Virus record (IMG/VR): IMGVR_UViG_3300017970_000001
Location: 28,040-60,039 of that record
DNA from: a virus
DNA length: 32,000 bases
Reading direction: 5' to 3' (one strand)
A program made the translations under genes and the position numbers. This document shows, one piece after another, positions 9,549 to 17,645 of this stretch. Positions within the stretch are counted from its first letter, which is position 1, and every line of letters begins with the position of its first letter. Under the pieces are notes generated by a model. That model did no database searches. It was not told the DNA's origin and saw nothing but the letters and a program-made list of their open reading frames with translations.

Positions 9549-12014
9549 ATGGTCAAGAAGGACCGACATCCGTCGGGGACGGCGGGGACGTCCTACTCGC
9601 TCGAGAAGATGGCTGCGTACATTCGCGAGGGACGGAACGATCCGCGGATGCGCGCGTGGGCAGGGAAGGTACTCCTCGCGGCTGGCAAGCCCGCGACCGT
9701 GACGGGCCAGACGCAAGCTCTTCTTGACGAGATTCGTCGGAAGACGGTGGCGATGCAGGACCCGGTGAATACCGAGCTCATGGCGAAGCCAAGCGTGCTC
9801 CTGTGTTTCGACAAGAGCCTGTGTATGCCGGTAGGAGATTGTTTTCCGAAGGGAACACTTGTCCTTCGGGATGACATGGAGTTCGTTCCCATCGAGAACA
9901 TCCGTGTCGGAGATCGTATCTGGGGTCGTGACGCTTGGACCACCGTTACGGCGCATTGGTACAAGGGCATTCTCAACGTTTCGGCCGTCAAGATGAACAA
10001 CGGATCGGCGGCGCTTCTCACGCCGGACCATCACGTGTTCGTGTTGCGATGCGACCGTCACGCAAATCGAAAGCCGGAGACTCCGGACTGTGCCTGTCCT
10101 GACGAAGATCTTCGAATGGAGCGCGTCCGTGTTTCGGAACTTCGGGAGAAGGATCGCCTCATCCAACCGAAGCGAATCGCTTTTGGAACAGAGGGGATGG
10201 ACCCCGACAGGGCCTGGATCGAGGGACTTTTTGTTTCGGACGGTTGGACTCGTCACAACACAAGCTTCGAGATTTCGGGTCAAGATGGATGTCCGAAAGA
10301 AGAGAACAAGAGGCGTATTCAAGAGCTCTGCGAAAAATGGAGGATCTCTACTCGTTGGAACCGGAAATACATTTCCGTGCAAGACAAAGAGTGGACCCTT
10401 CGTATGCAGCAAATGGGACACCGAGCTCCGAACAAGCATGCGCTTTCCATCAACCTCGAAGAGGGAGCTGCGGGAGCTCTTCTTCGGGGAATTATGGCGG
10501 ACAGCGGTCAGAATACGAACGGCCCGGGAAGAACGTTCACGACGACATCGAAGCAACTTTTTCTCCAGACTCGGGTTCTTCACCGAATGTTCGGTGTCGG
10601 TTGCGGCTCGACGTACATCACGGAGCACGGGGGCCTCGGAGAAAATCCGATCTTCCGCCTGTTCGTTCGGGTCCCTAAAGAAGGGGGGCGCGTCGAGAAA
10701 AAGCTCCGAGTAAAGTCGGTAGAGCACGGGGTAGTGGAGGCCCCCTGCTATGACATCTCGACGAGCGACCATTACGTCTACCTTCCGGAAGACGACGTCA
10801 CCGTCTCCAATTGCGACGATCGATGCATCGCTCTCGGCTCTGCCACCCTCTCGGTCGGCATCGAGACGATGGCCGTCGCGCAGGCCTACGGAACGCCTCA
10901 GGCGACGCACGTTATCCTCGCCGTACTCGACCCAGACACGGGGTGGCAGCGAGTCGATCCTCTTTCTGATACGATGCCCGTCGGGAAGTATTACCCGGCG
11001 ACGAAGGAGTGGTGGATGGATCCGATCACTGGAAACGTGAGCAACGACGGCTCCTCGGCGCCGCACACTCTCGGGAAAGAGCCCGCGCACGGAGACTTTG
11101 TCGGTGTGGGAAAAGCTCCCGCGGAGAGTGCGCCTCATCCTCACCAAATGTTTCCGGAGCCGACGGGACTCGGAAGGCGTCCTGAGGCGGGTATGGGCGT
11201 TTTCCCGTTCAACCATCCTTTCGGAGCGATCGACGAGGGGCCCGAGCAAGGCGCGGCGTACGCTCCGGCGGAGATGCACACCGGGCTCTTCTTTCCGGAT
11301 CAGCCCGTCAGACCCACGCCGAACAAATGCTGCGGTCCCGAGCCGATCTTTCCTTTCATTACCAGCAACAGCGGCGGACTTCTGGCGCCGCCGAGCCCCT
11401 TAGGTCAGGGAATGGCTTTTCCGGGTCAGGGTTTGTCGGGCGCGCCGCAAGGTGTCGGTGACCCTACGGGTGCGAGCGGCGCACCGCAGGGCGTCGGCGA
11501 CGCGCCTACGGGCGTCGGTCTGACGCTCGTCGAAACGAAGGGACCGCAGAAGGTAACGCCGCCCATTGGGGCGGTACCGGCCAACCTGAGAGTACAGGGA
11601 GGGGTGGGTGCGGGACCCGCAGCGAGCCGGTCTACGATGCCTGGCGCTAGCGGAGGAGTTCAGCTTCCCAACAACACGATCTACTGGGACCCGAGGGGGT
11701 TCTACTGGTCTCGAGGGCAGGTTAGTGGAGCGCCAAGAGGACAGAATGGAGGAACGTGGAGGCCACAGCCGGGAGGGTTCGTGGCGTGGTATCCTCCATA
11801 CGAACAAAATTGCGTTAATGGATTTTTTGTTGTTATACCCGGAAATCCTTCCAGGATAACTACCCCAACGCCAACTGGTTTTGGACCTGGTGCTACTCCA
11901 GGGCAAGGTCTTGTGCAGATACTGGATGGGTATTGGGCACAATATTTAGGTGTTGATAAATGTTATTTACTAAATAGTTTAGTACCTTCCGGAGTGGTGG
12001 GTACGGCGAAGTAA
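9549..12014 (+). CDS. transglutaminase-like cysteine protease-fold protein, intein-interrupted, with Gly/Pro-rich linker and C-terminal YWDPRGFYW domain
   Basis: Long ORF (track start GTG 9450; ATG 9549 follows a G-run). After removing residues 131-454, the junction reads ...LCMPVGD/CDDRCIALGSATLSVGIETMAV...THVILAV...GWQRVDP. This fits the transglutaminase-core Cys...His...Asp pattern. Confidence 0.85.
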   Translation: MVKKDRHPSGTAGTSYSLEKMAAYIREGRNDPRMRAWAGKVLLAAGKPATVTGQTQALLDEIRRKTVAMQDPVNTELMAKPSVLLCFDKSLCMPVGDCFPKGTLVLRDDMEFVPIENIRVGDRIWGRDAWTTVTAHWYKGILNVSAVKMNNGSAALLTPDHHVFVLRCDRHANRKPETPDCACPDEDLRMERVRVSELREKDRLIQPKRIAFGTEGMDPDRAWIEGLFVSDGWTRHNTSFEISGQDGCPKEENKRRIQELCEKWRISTRWNRKYISVQDKEWTLRMQQMGHRAPNKHALSINLEEGAAGALLRGIMADSGQNTNGPGRTFTTTSKQLFLQTRVLHRMFGVGCGSTYITEHGGLGENPIFRLFVRVPKEGGRVEKKLRVKSVEHGVVEAPCYDISTSDHYVYLPEDDVTVSNCDDRCIALGSATLSVGIETMAVAQAYGTPQATHVILAVLDPDTGWQRVDPLSDTMPVGKYYPATKEWWMDPITGNVSNDGSSAPHTLGKEPAHGDFVGVGKAPAESAPHPHQMFPEPTGLGRRPEAGMGVFPFNHPFGAIDEGPEQGAAYAPAEMHTGLFFPDQPVRPTPNKCCGPEPIFPFITSNSGGLLAPPSPLGQGMAFPGQGLSGAPQGVGDPTGASGAPQGVGDAPTGVGLTLVETKGPQKVTPPIGAVPANLRVQGGVGAGPAASRSTMPGASGGVQLPNNTIYWDPRGFYWSRGQVSGAPRGQNGGTWRPQPGGFVAWYPPYEQNCVNGFFVVIPGNPSRITTPTPTGFGPGATPGQGLVQILDGYWAQYLGVDKCYLLNSLVPSGVVGTAK
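9840..10811 (+). mobile_element. intein (324 aa) with LAGLIDADG homing-endonuclease domain
   Basis: It starts CFPKGTLV and has block B at LTPDHHVF. Two LAGLIDADG-type motifs are present (WIEGLFVSDGW, GALLRGIMADSG). It ends ...DHYVYLPEDDVTVSN followed by the +1 Cys (CDD). Confidence 0.85.
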
Positions 12015-12015
12015 C

Positions 12016-12405
12016 ATGCGCGTATTCGATCAGCATCTAGTAGGGTTCGGATCTGAGCCGGAAGGTTTGGGAGCCGTTACAACGAAAGTTGGAACAGCCG
12101 CGCCAGGTTCAGCGAACACGCAGATACCCAACAACACCATCTACTGGGACCCAAGAGGTTTCTATTGGACTCGGGGAATCGGAACCTTAAAGCCGCGTGG
12201 CCTGAATGTTGCCGCCTGGATTAGCGGTACTTGGCGACCACAACCAGGAGGTTGGACGGCTTGGTATCCAGCCTGTGAGGCTACCGTAAATGGTTTTTCA
12301 GTTATAGTTCCTAATGCGAATTGTGTTTTACGTTCTGGGGCTGGTTTAAGTGAGGTTGGATTTACCCAGGTTTTACCTGGATACTGGGCACAGTCTCCAA
12401 GATGA
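12016..12405 (+). CDS. hypothetical protein, paralog of the C-terminal domain of the upstream gene
   Basis: 129 aa. QIPNNTIYWDPRGFYWTRG...GTWRPQPGGWTAWYP...VNGFSVIVPN...LPGYWAQ aligns with residues ~738-831 of the 9450-frame protein. Stop overlaps the next ATG (ATGA). Confidence 0.7.
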   Translation: MRVFDQHLVGFGSEPEGLGAVTTKVGTAAPGSANTQIPNNTIYWDPRGFYWTRGIGTLKPRGLNVAAWISGTWRPQPGGWTAWYPACEATVNGFSVIVPNANCVLRSGAGLSEVGFTQVLPGYWAQSPR

Positions 12406-12812
12406 CGATCCAAGTCGAGTCCAACCGCGTGGCCTTCGAGATGGTCGACGGACGTCTTCTCCGTCTGCCTCCTTCGTACGGCACATTTCACGAACCGGGT
12501 TCGTGCACGGTGTACTTCGGCCCGTACAAGAAGACGGGGCGACTCGTCGACAAAGACAAGGCGCAGCGTCGGTACTTCGGACCCGATCATAAGGCGTACG
12601 TCGCGATCCTCCCCAAGCTCAACGTCGCGGGATGGCGTCAGGTCGGCAAAGTTTCCACGATCTATTACGTACGTCGTGGCAAGCGAGCTCCGGGCGGATT
12701 TCACCATCCCTTTAAAAGCCGGCAACCGATGCTCTCGAAGGCAGGGCGGCTTTACAAACTCTCTCTCGGGTCGGGATGTCTCGTAGACGACCGCGGATAC
12801 GTATACCCGTGA
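12402..12812 (+). CDS. hypothetical basic protein
   Basis: 136-aa ORF, coupled at both ends (ATGA upstream, TGATG downstream). Confidence 0.7.
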   Translation: MTIQVESNRVAFEMVDGRLLRLPPSYGTFHEPGSCTVYFGPYKKTGRLVDKDKAQRRYFGPDHKAYVAILPKLNVAGWRQVGKVSTIYYVRRGKRAPGGFHHPFKSRQPMLSKAGRLYKLSLGSGCLVDDRGYVYP

Positions 12813-14443
12813 TGATCGTTGCACCGGGGGTACCCATGAAGCACGTATCCTACGCCGCGCGGATGAATACGTTTCGGTCCGGTGAAGGCACGCCCACAAG
12901 TGCGCCGGTAACCATCCCCGCAAAAGAAGGCAAGCGGCGTAAAAAGCCTCACTCGGTGGTAATACGCAAACAACGAAAGTCTCGTAAACATACGAGACCT
13001 TTGACAGAAAAACCCCAGAGGGGTACCGTCACACGAAAGAGGATCAGCATGGCCAAGTCGCGACGTCGCTCCAAGGCTGCGCGCTCCCGCAAGAGGGACG
13101 CGAAGGGACATTTTGTCAAGAGCTCCTCGGCCTCAGAGCCCAAGCGCAGGCGACGCAAGCATCGTCGGTCCGGGAAGAAAAATCCTTGGTACGGACAGCC
13201 TCGGCGTCACGCGAAGGCCGCTCGAAAGGGGATTCGACGTCGCAGGCGCCGCATCCATGCGGCGGCTCCTCCGCGTCGACGCCGTCGGCGTCGTCATGTG
13301 AAGGCTGCGGCTCCGCGTCGGCGTCGCCGTCGCGCGATCGTCGCGACAGGGAGGGGTCGTGCGCGGCGACGTGGAACGCGCCGTGGCGCTCCGGTAAACA
13401 TTCGGGTGGTCTTGAGCCAACCGAAGCGGAAGGCGCGTCGGCACGTGCGACCGCACCGGAAGCACCGTCGGAAGAGCCGTCGGTACTCGAAGAAGCAAAT
13501 CGCGCATTTCCGTGCGTCGCATTCGCATATGGCAGCGGATTCCTACGCCCTCTCGAATCCACTCTCGGGAGAAGAGCTCGCTCTTCTCGCGATCTCGGGC
13601 GGCTTCGGTTACGGGCTCGCGGACTTCGCCGGTCGATACATGGCGACGACGCCCGCGGGAACGACTCCGACCGGAACGGCGGCTGTTCTGCCGAACGATC
13701 TCGCCACCCTCGCTTTCCCTGGGTGGCAAGAGCTCCTGACGTACCTCGGCTTGACGGCTCTTCCCCTCATGGGTTCGGCCGCGGTCGATTCTCCGTGGGG
13801 ACGTGCGGCTCTTCAGGGAGCCGGTCTCGGCGCGGGATTCAAGGGCTTTGGTCGGCTCTTCTCGGCGACCATGGCTTCCCTCATCGGGAGCACGGCGCTC
13901 GGTCAGCAGCTCTACCTCGCCGAGGTCGAAGCTTCGCAGGGCACCGCTCTTGGTGCCGGCGCAGCGGCCGGCGCCGCGGCGGGAGCCGCGATTCCGGGTG
14001 CGGCGGGCATGTCCGGACTTCCTCGAGGCCGCGGTGTTGGGCGTCCGGGAATGCTCGGCAAGTCCGGGCTCGGTCGTCCGGGAACGATGATTCCTCGTTC
14101 GGTTGGCGGACGCGGAGTGGGAGCCGTGTCCTCTACGTACATTTCGCCGCCTGCGAATCGAGCTCCGGGAGGAGTTCCCGCAGGGATTCCTCCAATCAAT
14201 ACCAAAAACACCCTTCCCAATCAGGCGATCCCGGGGATTGTCACGAATACGGGAGATCTTGTAGCGTCTCCGGTTCCGGGGACTCCGACGCCGGGCGGAG
14301 TGTCGGTGGGTGCGAACTGCGCTCCTTGCACGTCGATGGCCGGTGGTATGGCCGAGACGTACGACACGGCGATTGCCGCGATTCGTGACGATTCGTGCCT
14401 CGGGAACCTTCCCGGGGGAATGTACGGGATGTTTCCCGAGTAA
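12812..14443 (+). CDS. protamine-like Arg/Lys-rich protein fused to a Gly/Ala-rich hydrophobic C-terminal half
   Basis: Long ORF (starts possible at 12776, 12812 or 12836; 12812 overlaps the upstream stop as TGATG). Residues ~52-241 (12776 numbering) hold about 86 R/K in 190 aa and only 4 D/E by my count. The rest is G/A/P-rich with hydrophobic stretches. Confidence 0.75.
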   Translation: MIVAPGVPMKHVSYAARMNTFRSGEGTPTSAPVTIPAKEGKRRKKPHSVVIRKQRKSRKHTRPLTEKPQRGTVTRKRISMAKSRRRSKAARSRKRDAKGHFVKSSSASEPKRRRRKHRRSGKKNPWYGQPRRHAKAARKGIRRRRRRIHAAAPPRRRRRRRHVKAAAPRRRRRRAIVATGRGRARRRGTRRGAPVNIRVVLSQPKRKARRHVRPHRKHRRKSRRYSKKQIAHFRASHSHMAADSYALSNPLSGEELALLAISGGFGYGLADFAGRYMATTPAGTTPTGTAAVLPNDLATLAFPGWQELLTYLGLTALPLMGSAAVDSPWGRAALQGAGLGAGFKGFGRLFSATMASLIGSTALGQQLYLAEVEASQGTALGAGAAAGAAAGAAIPGAAGMSGLPRGRGVGRPGMLGKSGLGRPGTMIPRSVGGRGVGAVSSTYISPPANRAPGGVPAGIPPINTKNTLPNQAIPGIVTNTGDLVASPVPGTPTPGGVSVGANCAPCTSMAGGMAETYDTAIAAIRDDSCLGNLPGGMYGMFPE

Positions 14444-14495
14444 AGGTGTTTCATAACAGGGGTCTCCTTGTAGGGACTCCTTCAGGAGAGAGAAC

Positions 14496-15761
14496 ATGCG
14501 CAAGTCGAGTGGTTTTAGCCGGGACGCAGCTCCCGGTCGTTTGATCGGTCTCGGTCAGCAGCCTACCAACAACGTCGTGCAGTCGGTCTTGTCCTGCGGG
14601 TTCACGCAGGTCCCTGTGATCGAGTACGTCACTTGGACCGTCAACCTCCCGGTCGTTGACTCCGCGATCGAAGGCACCTTCGGGGACGAGATCGACGTTC
14701 TCCAGAATCCGAAGGCCGTTCCTGGCGTGACGGACGTGGACTCGTCCTTCGTCATCAATGGCATTCTTCAGGTCGACATGCTCGTCGTGGGTTTCGGCAT
14801 CCACGGCTTCGCAGAGCCGACGAACGGAACCCAGATCGGCAACTACATCAATCCGGCCCCCACGGCCGGTGCGGTGAATCCGTCGCCGGACTCGTTCACG
14901 CAGAACGACGTGATCAACGGCGCTCTCGGAACCGATATCGGTACGGGCGGTGTCGCTGGGTCGACGACTATCACTCCGGCACTCCTCGAGTGGGGTGTGT
15001 GTGCGCAGAACGCCCTCTGGCACCTGATGAACGCGTACCAGTTCCAGTGGATCATGCAGCAGCGGTACCTGCTGATCAACGAGCTGGCGGCGGACGTCGC
15101 CTACTTCGGATCGTATGCCGAAGCCGTCGCGGCCGGCTCTTCGAGCGAAGCCTTCCAGCGTCTCGTCAATCGAGTCAACACGGTCTACGCGAACCAGGCA
15201 GCTCCCGGGGCATTCGTTCCCGTCAACGCGACCCGTTTCGGCTCGCGTACCGTCGCGGGCGCGAACGTCGGTGTCTTCCACCCGACGCGCGCATACGATC
15301 AGCTCGACGTCACGTGGGGCGGGCTTCGAGTGCAGGGCATGACCGGAATGGTTCAGCCGTTCCGAAAGCTCTTCAAGCCCGTTCTCCTCGAGAAGGGCAT
15401 TCCGATCGGGATGCTCCTTCGCGTTCAGGACGAGTTCCATCAGACCGAGATGCAGACCTACCTCTCGCAGTCGGATACGCGAGGCGGGACGGTGGCAACG
15501 GTTCCCGTGGGCCCCGTCACGAGCGGTCTCACGTCGACGTCGGCGACGGAGTTCTTGGAGCTCACCCTTGACGCGGTTCCGATCACGGTGGCGCAGCAAG
15601 TGCTGACCGATCGCGTTCTCTTGAAGGGCGGAACGATGCAGCTCGGCATCCTGATCAAGGGCTTCGAGGTCTGGGGACCCTGGAAGCAATACATCATGAA
15701 TCAGCTCGTGCCGTCGGGCGCGGTCGGTACGGCGCAGAGCGCGGGCGCGTCGGGAGGCTGA
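14496..15761 (+). CDS. putative major structural (capsid) protein
   Basis: AGGAGAG lies 6 nt upstream of the ATG. 421 aa, V/T/G/N/Q-rich, with no TM segment. It is followed at once by an 11-bp GC hairpin. The capsid role is inferred from position and composition only. Confidence 0.7.
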   Translation: MRKSSGFSRDAAPGRLIGLGQQPTNNVVQSVLSCGFTQVPVIEYVTWTVNLPVVDSAIEGTFGDEIDVLQNPKAVPGVTDVDSSFVINGILQVDMLVVGFGIHGFAEPTNGTQIGNYINPAPTAGAVNPSPDSFTQNDVINGALGTDIGTGGVAGSTTITPALLEWGVCAQNALWHLMNAYQFQWIMQQRYLLINELAADVAYFGSYAEAVAAGSSSEAFQRLVNRVNTVYANQAAPGAFVPVNATRFGSRTVAGANVGVFHPTRAYDQLDVTWGGLRVQGMTGMVQPFRKLFKPVLLEKGIPIGMLLRVQDEFHQTEMQTYLSQSDTRGGTVATVPVGPVTSGLTSTSATEFLELTLDAVPITVAQQVLTDRVLLKGGTMQLGILIKGFEVWGPWKQYIMNQLVPSGAVGTAQSAGASGG

Positions 15762-15770
15762 TCTGCCTTG

Positions 15771-15795
15771 GGGCCCCTCACTTTGTGAGGGGCCC
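15771..15795 (+). terminator. GC-rich hairpin after the capsid-candidate gene (attenuator/terminator-like, no U-tract)
   Basis: GGGCCCCTCAC-TTT-GTGAGGGGCCC forms an 11-bp perfect stem with a 3-nt loop, 10 nt after the stop. No T-run follows, so termination is uncertain. Confidence 0.35.
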
Positions 15796-15816
15796 GTCAG
15801 GGTCTAGGAGAATACG

Positions 15817-16440
15817 ATGCCGACCTACATGCCCCAGCCGGCCTACGCCGACCTCCAAAACATGGCGATCGTCGATCCGATTGCCGCGTACGGAATCATG
15901 CTCGGCGTGCCTCGGATTCCGATCAGCTTTAACGCGGCCGGGACATTTTCATCGTTCGCGCTCGATCAGGTGCCGATTGAAGCGGATCTAGACACGACCA
16001 TCGCGCAACGAACGTGGATCGACAATCTCTCGTACTCTCTCCAGTTGCCGAATTGCTTCGTCGGCGACATCTTCCAGACGCAGTACCTGTACTACCTGAA
16101 GTTCAGTACGGGCGTGAACGTCCAAGTCATCGTGCAGGGAGGCCCTCGGTACCTCGTCTCGCCGAACTTCACGCCGCTCGAAAACTTCGTGAATGTGATG
16201 TCCTCGCGGTGGTCTGCGGGGTGGCCGCTCTACAAACAGCAGAGCATCCAGGTGTTCATGGAGCTTGTCGTAGCTCCCCCGAGCGTCTCTCCGAACGGCC
16301 CTCCCTATAATGTCACCCTGACCTTTAATGGGTGGCAGTTTCTTGATCACACCGTAGATGAAATCTCGGTCGACGTCGCCGCGAAGAAGCTTCGGGAGAT
16401 GGGGTTCTGCCTCCCCACGAAGCAGCTCGAGTGCCCGTGA
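15817..16440 (+). CDS. hypothetical structural protein (second capsid-candidate)
   Basis: AGGAG lies 7 nt upstream of the ATG. 207 aa, soluble-looking, beta-rich composition. Confidence 0.75.
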   Translation: MPTYMPQPAYADLQNMAIVDPIAAYGIMLGVPRIPISFNAAGTFSSFALDQVPIEADLDTTIAQRTWIDNLSYSLQLPNCFVGDIFQTQYLYYLKFSTGVNVQVIVQGGPRYLVSPNFTPLENFVNVMSSRWSAGWPLYKQQSIQVFMELVVAPPSVSPNGPPYNVTLTFNGWQFLDHTVDEISVDVAAKKLREMGFCLPTKQLECP

Positions 16441-16499
16441 GGGCTTGAGGCCCTCTTGAAAATCTCTCTCTTCCACTCGATCGCCCGGGAGGCCCGCAC

Positions 16500-17645
16500 G
16501 TGAGCCTCACCCGAAAACGCGGCCGAAGGGTCGAGATTGTCACCGTCGGGCTCAACCCGAACCTTCAGCTCGTAGGTTCCGCCCCCGAGGGGGGCGCGTA
16601 CGACCTCGGTCTCTGGATCGGGACGAATGCGCTCGCGACCGCGCCGAACCTTCGACAGCTCTTCCTCCTCGCGAGGAAGTCCTTCGGCGCGCACGAGCGC
16701 GCGAGGCTCGTCGGCTTCCGTCAGTATCTCACGATCATCGCGTACGAAGCGGTCGGCGTGGGTCCGGGAGCTTCTCTTTTTCCCGTCGAGCGTCCGGTTG
16801 TCACGCCGACGTGGAAATTCGTCGACGGCAACGTCCTCTGGGGCATCCGTCGCATTCCTCCGAACAACCACTACCTCACGAACGCGCTTCAGGCGGACGG
16901 GCTCGCGTTTCGTACGGGGAGCACGCCTTCCCAGCTCTTCGAGACCATCGTTCCGACCGTCAACGGGCCGCTCATCACGCCTCCTCGGGGCGGAAGGTTT
17001 CCTGGAGTGGTCCTCGTTCCGGAGCTCGGTAGATTCTTCGACCTCCGATGCACCAAGTGGAGTCACCCGTCGGAGACGGACCTCGACATCCGAGGTCCGT
17101 GCGACATCGCTTTCTACGCGAGCGTCCAGCAGACGAACCCGGCAACGAGGCCCAACCCTACCGCGATGCCGACCCTGCTTACGACCGAGGGGGTCACACC
17201 TGAGGATTCGTTTCTTCAAAACTTCCAGGGCGTAAACACGCCTCCGAAGTACGGTCGCATCGCGGGGTCTCTGATTTTCGAGATCGAGGACTGGGCGCCG
17301 TCAGGAATGCCGAAGACCTACCGTTCGGCGGCAACGGGAGACCGGGTCACGCGCGACACGACGCAGACGGGGGACAACGAAATGCGCCAGAGCGGGTACG
17401 AGACGAGTTGCGGCGAATCAGCGGTGACTCGTTACGGGGGCTGGATTTCTCCGCCGGGTGGCCCTCCCGGGGCGCCTCCAGGAGGCACACCAGGAGGTCC
17501 TTCTGGCGGTACGCCTCCGGGTACCGCGCCTCCGGGCGGAGGGACTCCGCCAGGCACCAAGGGCGGCACGCCGGGTCTCCCCCCGTCTGGAGGCACTCCG
17601 CCAAGAGGGGGCACTCCAGGTTTGCCGCCAGGAGCTACCCAATGA
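16500..17645 (+). CDS. hypothetical structural protein with Gly/Pro/Thr-repeat tail
   Basis: 381-aa ORF with a GTG start. The last ~64 aa are low-complexity GGTP/PPGG repeats. Stop overlaps the next ATG (ATGA). Confidence 0.75.
   Translation: MSLTRKRGRRVEIVTVGLNPNLQLVGSAPEGGAYDLGLWIGTNALATAPNLRQLFLLARKSFGAHERARLVGFRQYLTIIAYEAVGVGPGASLFPVERPVVTPTWKFVDGNVLWGIRRIPPNNHYLTNALQADGLAFRTGSTPSQLFETIVPTVNGPLITPPRGGRFPGVVLVPELGRFFDLRCTKWSHPSETDLDIRGPCDIAFYASVQQTNPATRPNPTAMPTLLTTEGVTPEDSFLQNFQGVNTPPKYGRIAGSLIFEIEDWAPSGMPKTYRSAATGDRVTRDTTQTGDNEMRQSGYETSCGESAVTRYGGWISPPGGPPGAPPGGTPGGPSGGTPPGTAPPGGGTPPGTKGGTPGLPPSGGTPPRGGTPGLPPGATQ

Noticed and set aside
9246-11279. 677-aa minus-strand ORF, the longest antisense ORF in the window
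   Set aside because: It lies antisense to the intein/transglutaminase gene, whose motifs are unambiguous. Its product is Arg/Ser/Pro-rich with no motif. Long antisense ORFs are expected at this GC content.
13133-14503. 456-aa minus ORF and 400-aa alternative + frame (13186-14388) over the Arg-rich gene
   Set aside because: All frames are open here because of the GC-rich repetitive composition. Only the 12776/12812 frame fits the operon coupling (TGATG with the upstream gene) and ends just before the SD of the next gene. The alternatives are Arg/Ser/Gly low-complexity.
14451-15689. 412-aa minus ORF opposite the capsid candidate
   Set aside because: It has an Arg/Asp/Glu/Leu-skewed composition and no SD. 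It would break a unidirectional coupled operon. The + strand product is the more protein-like.
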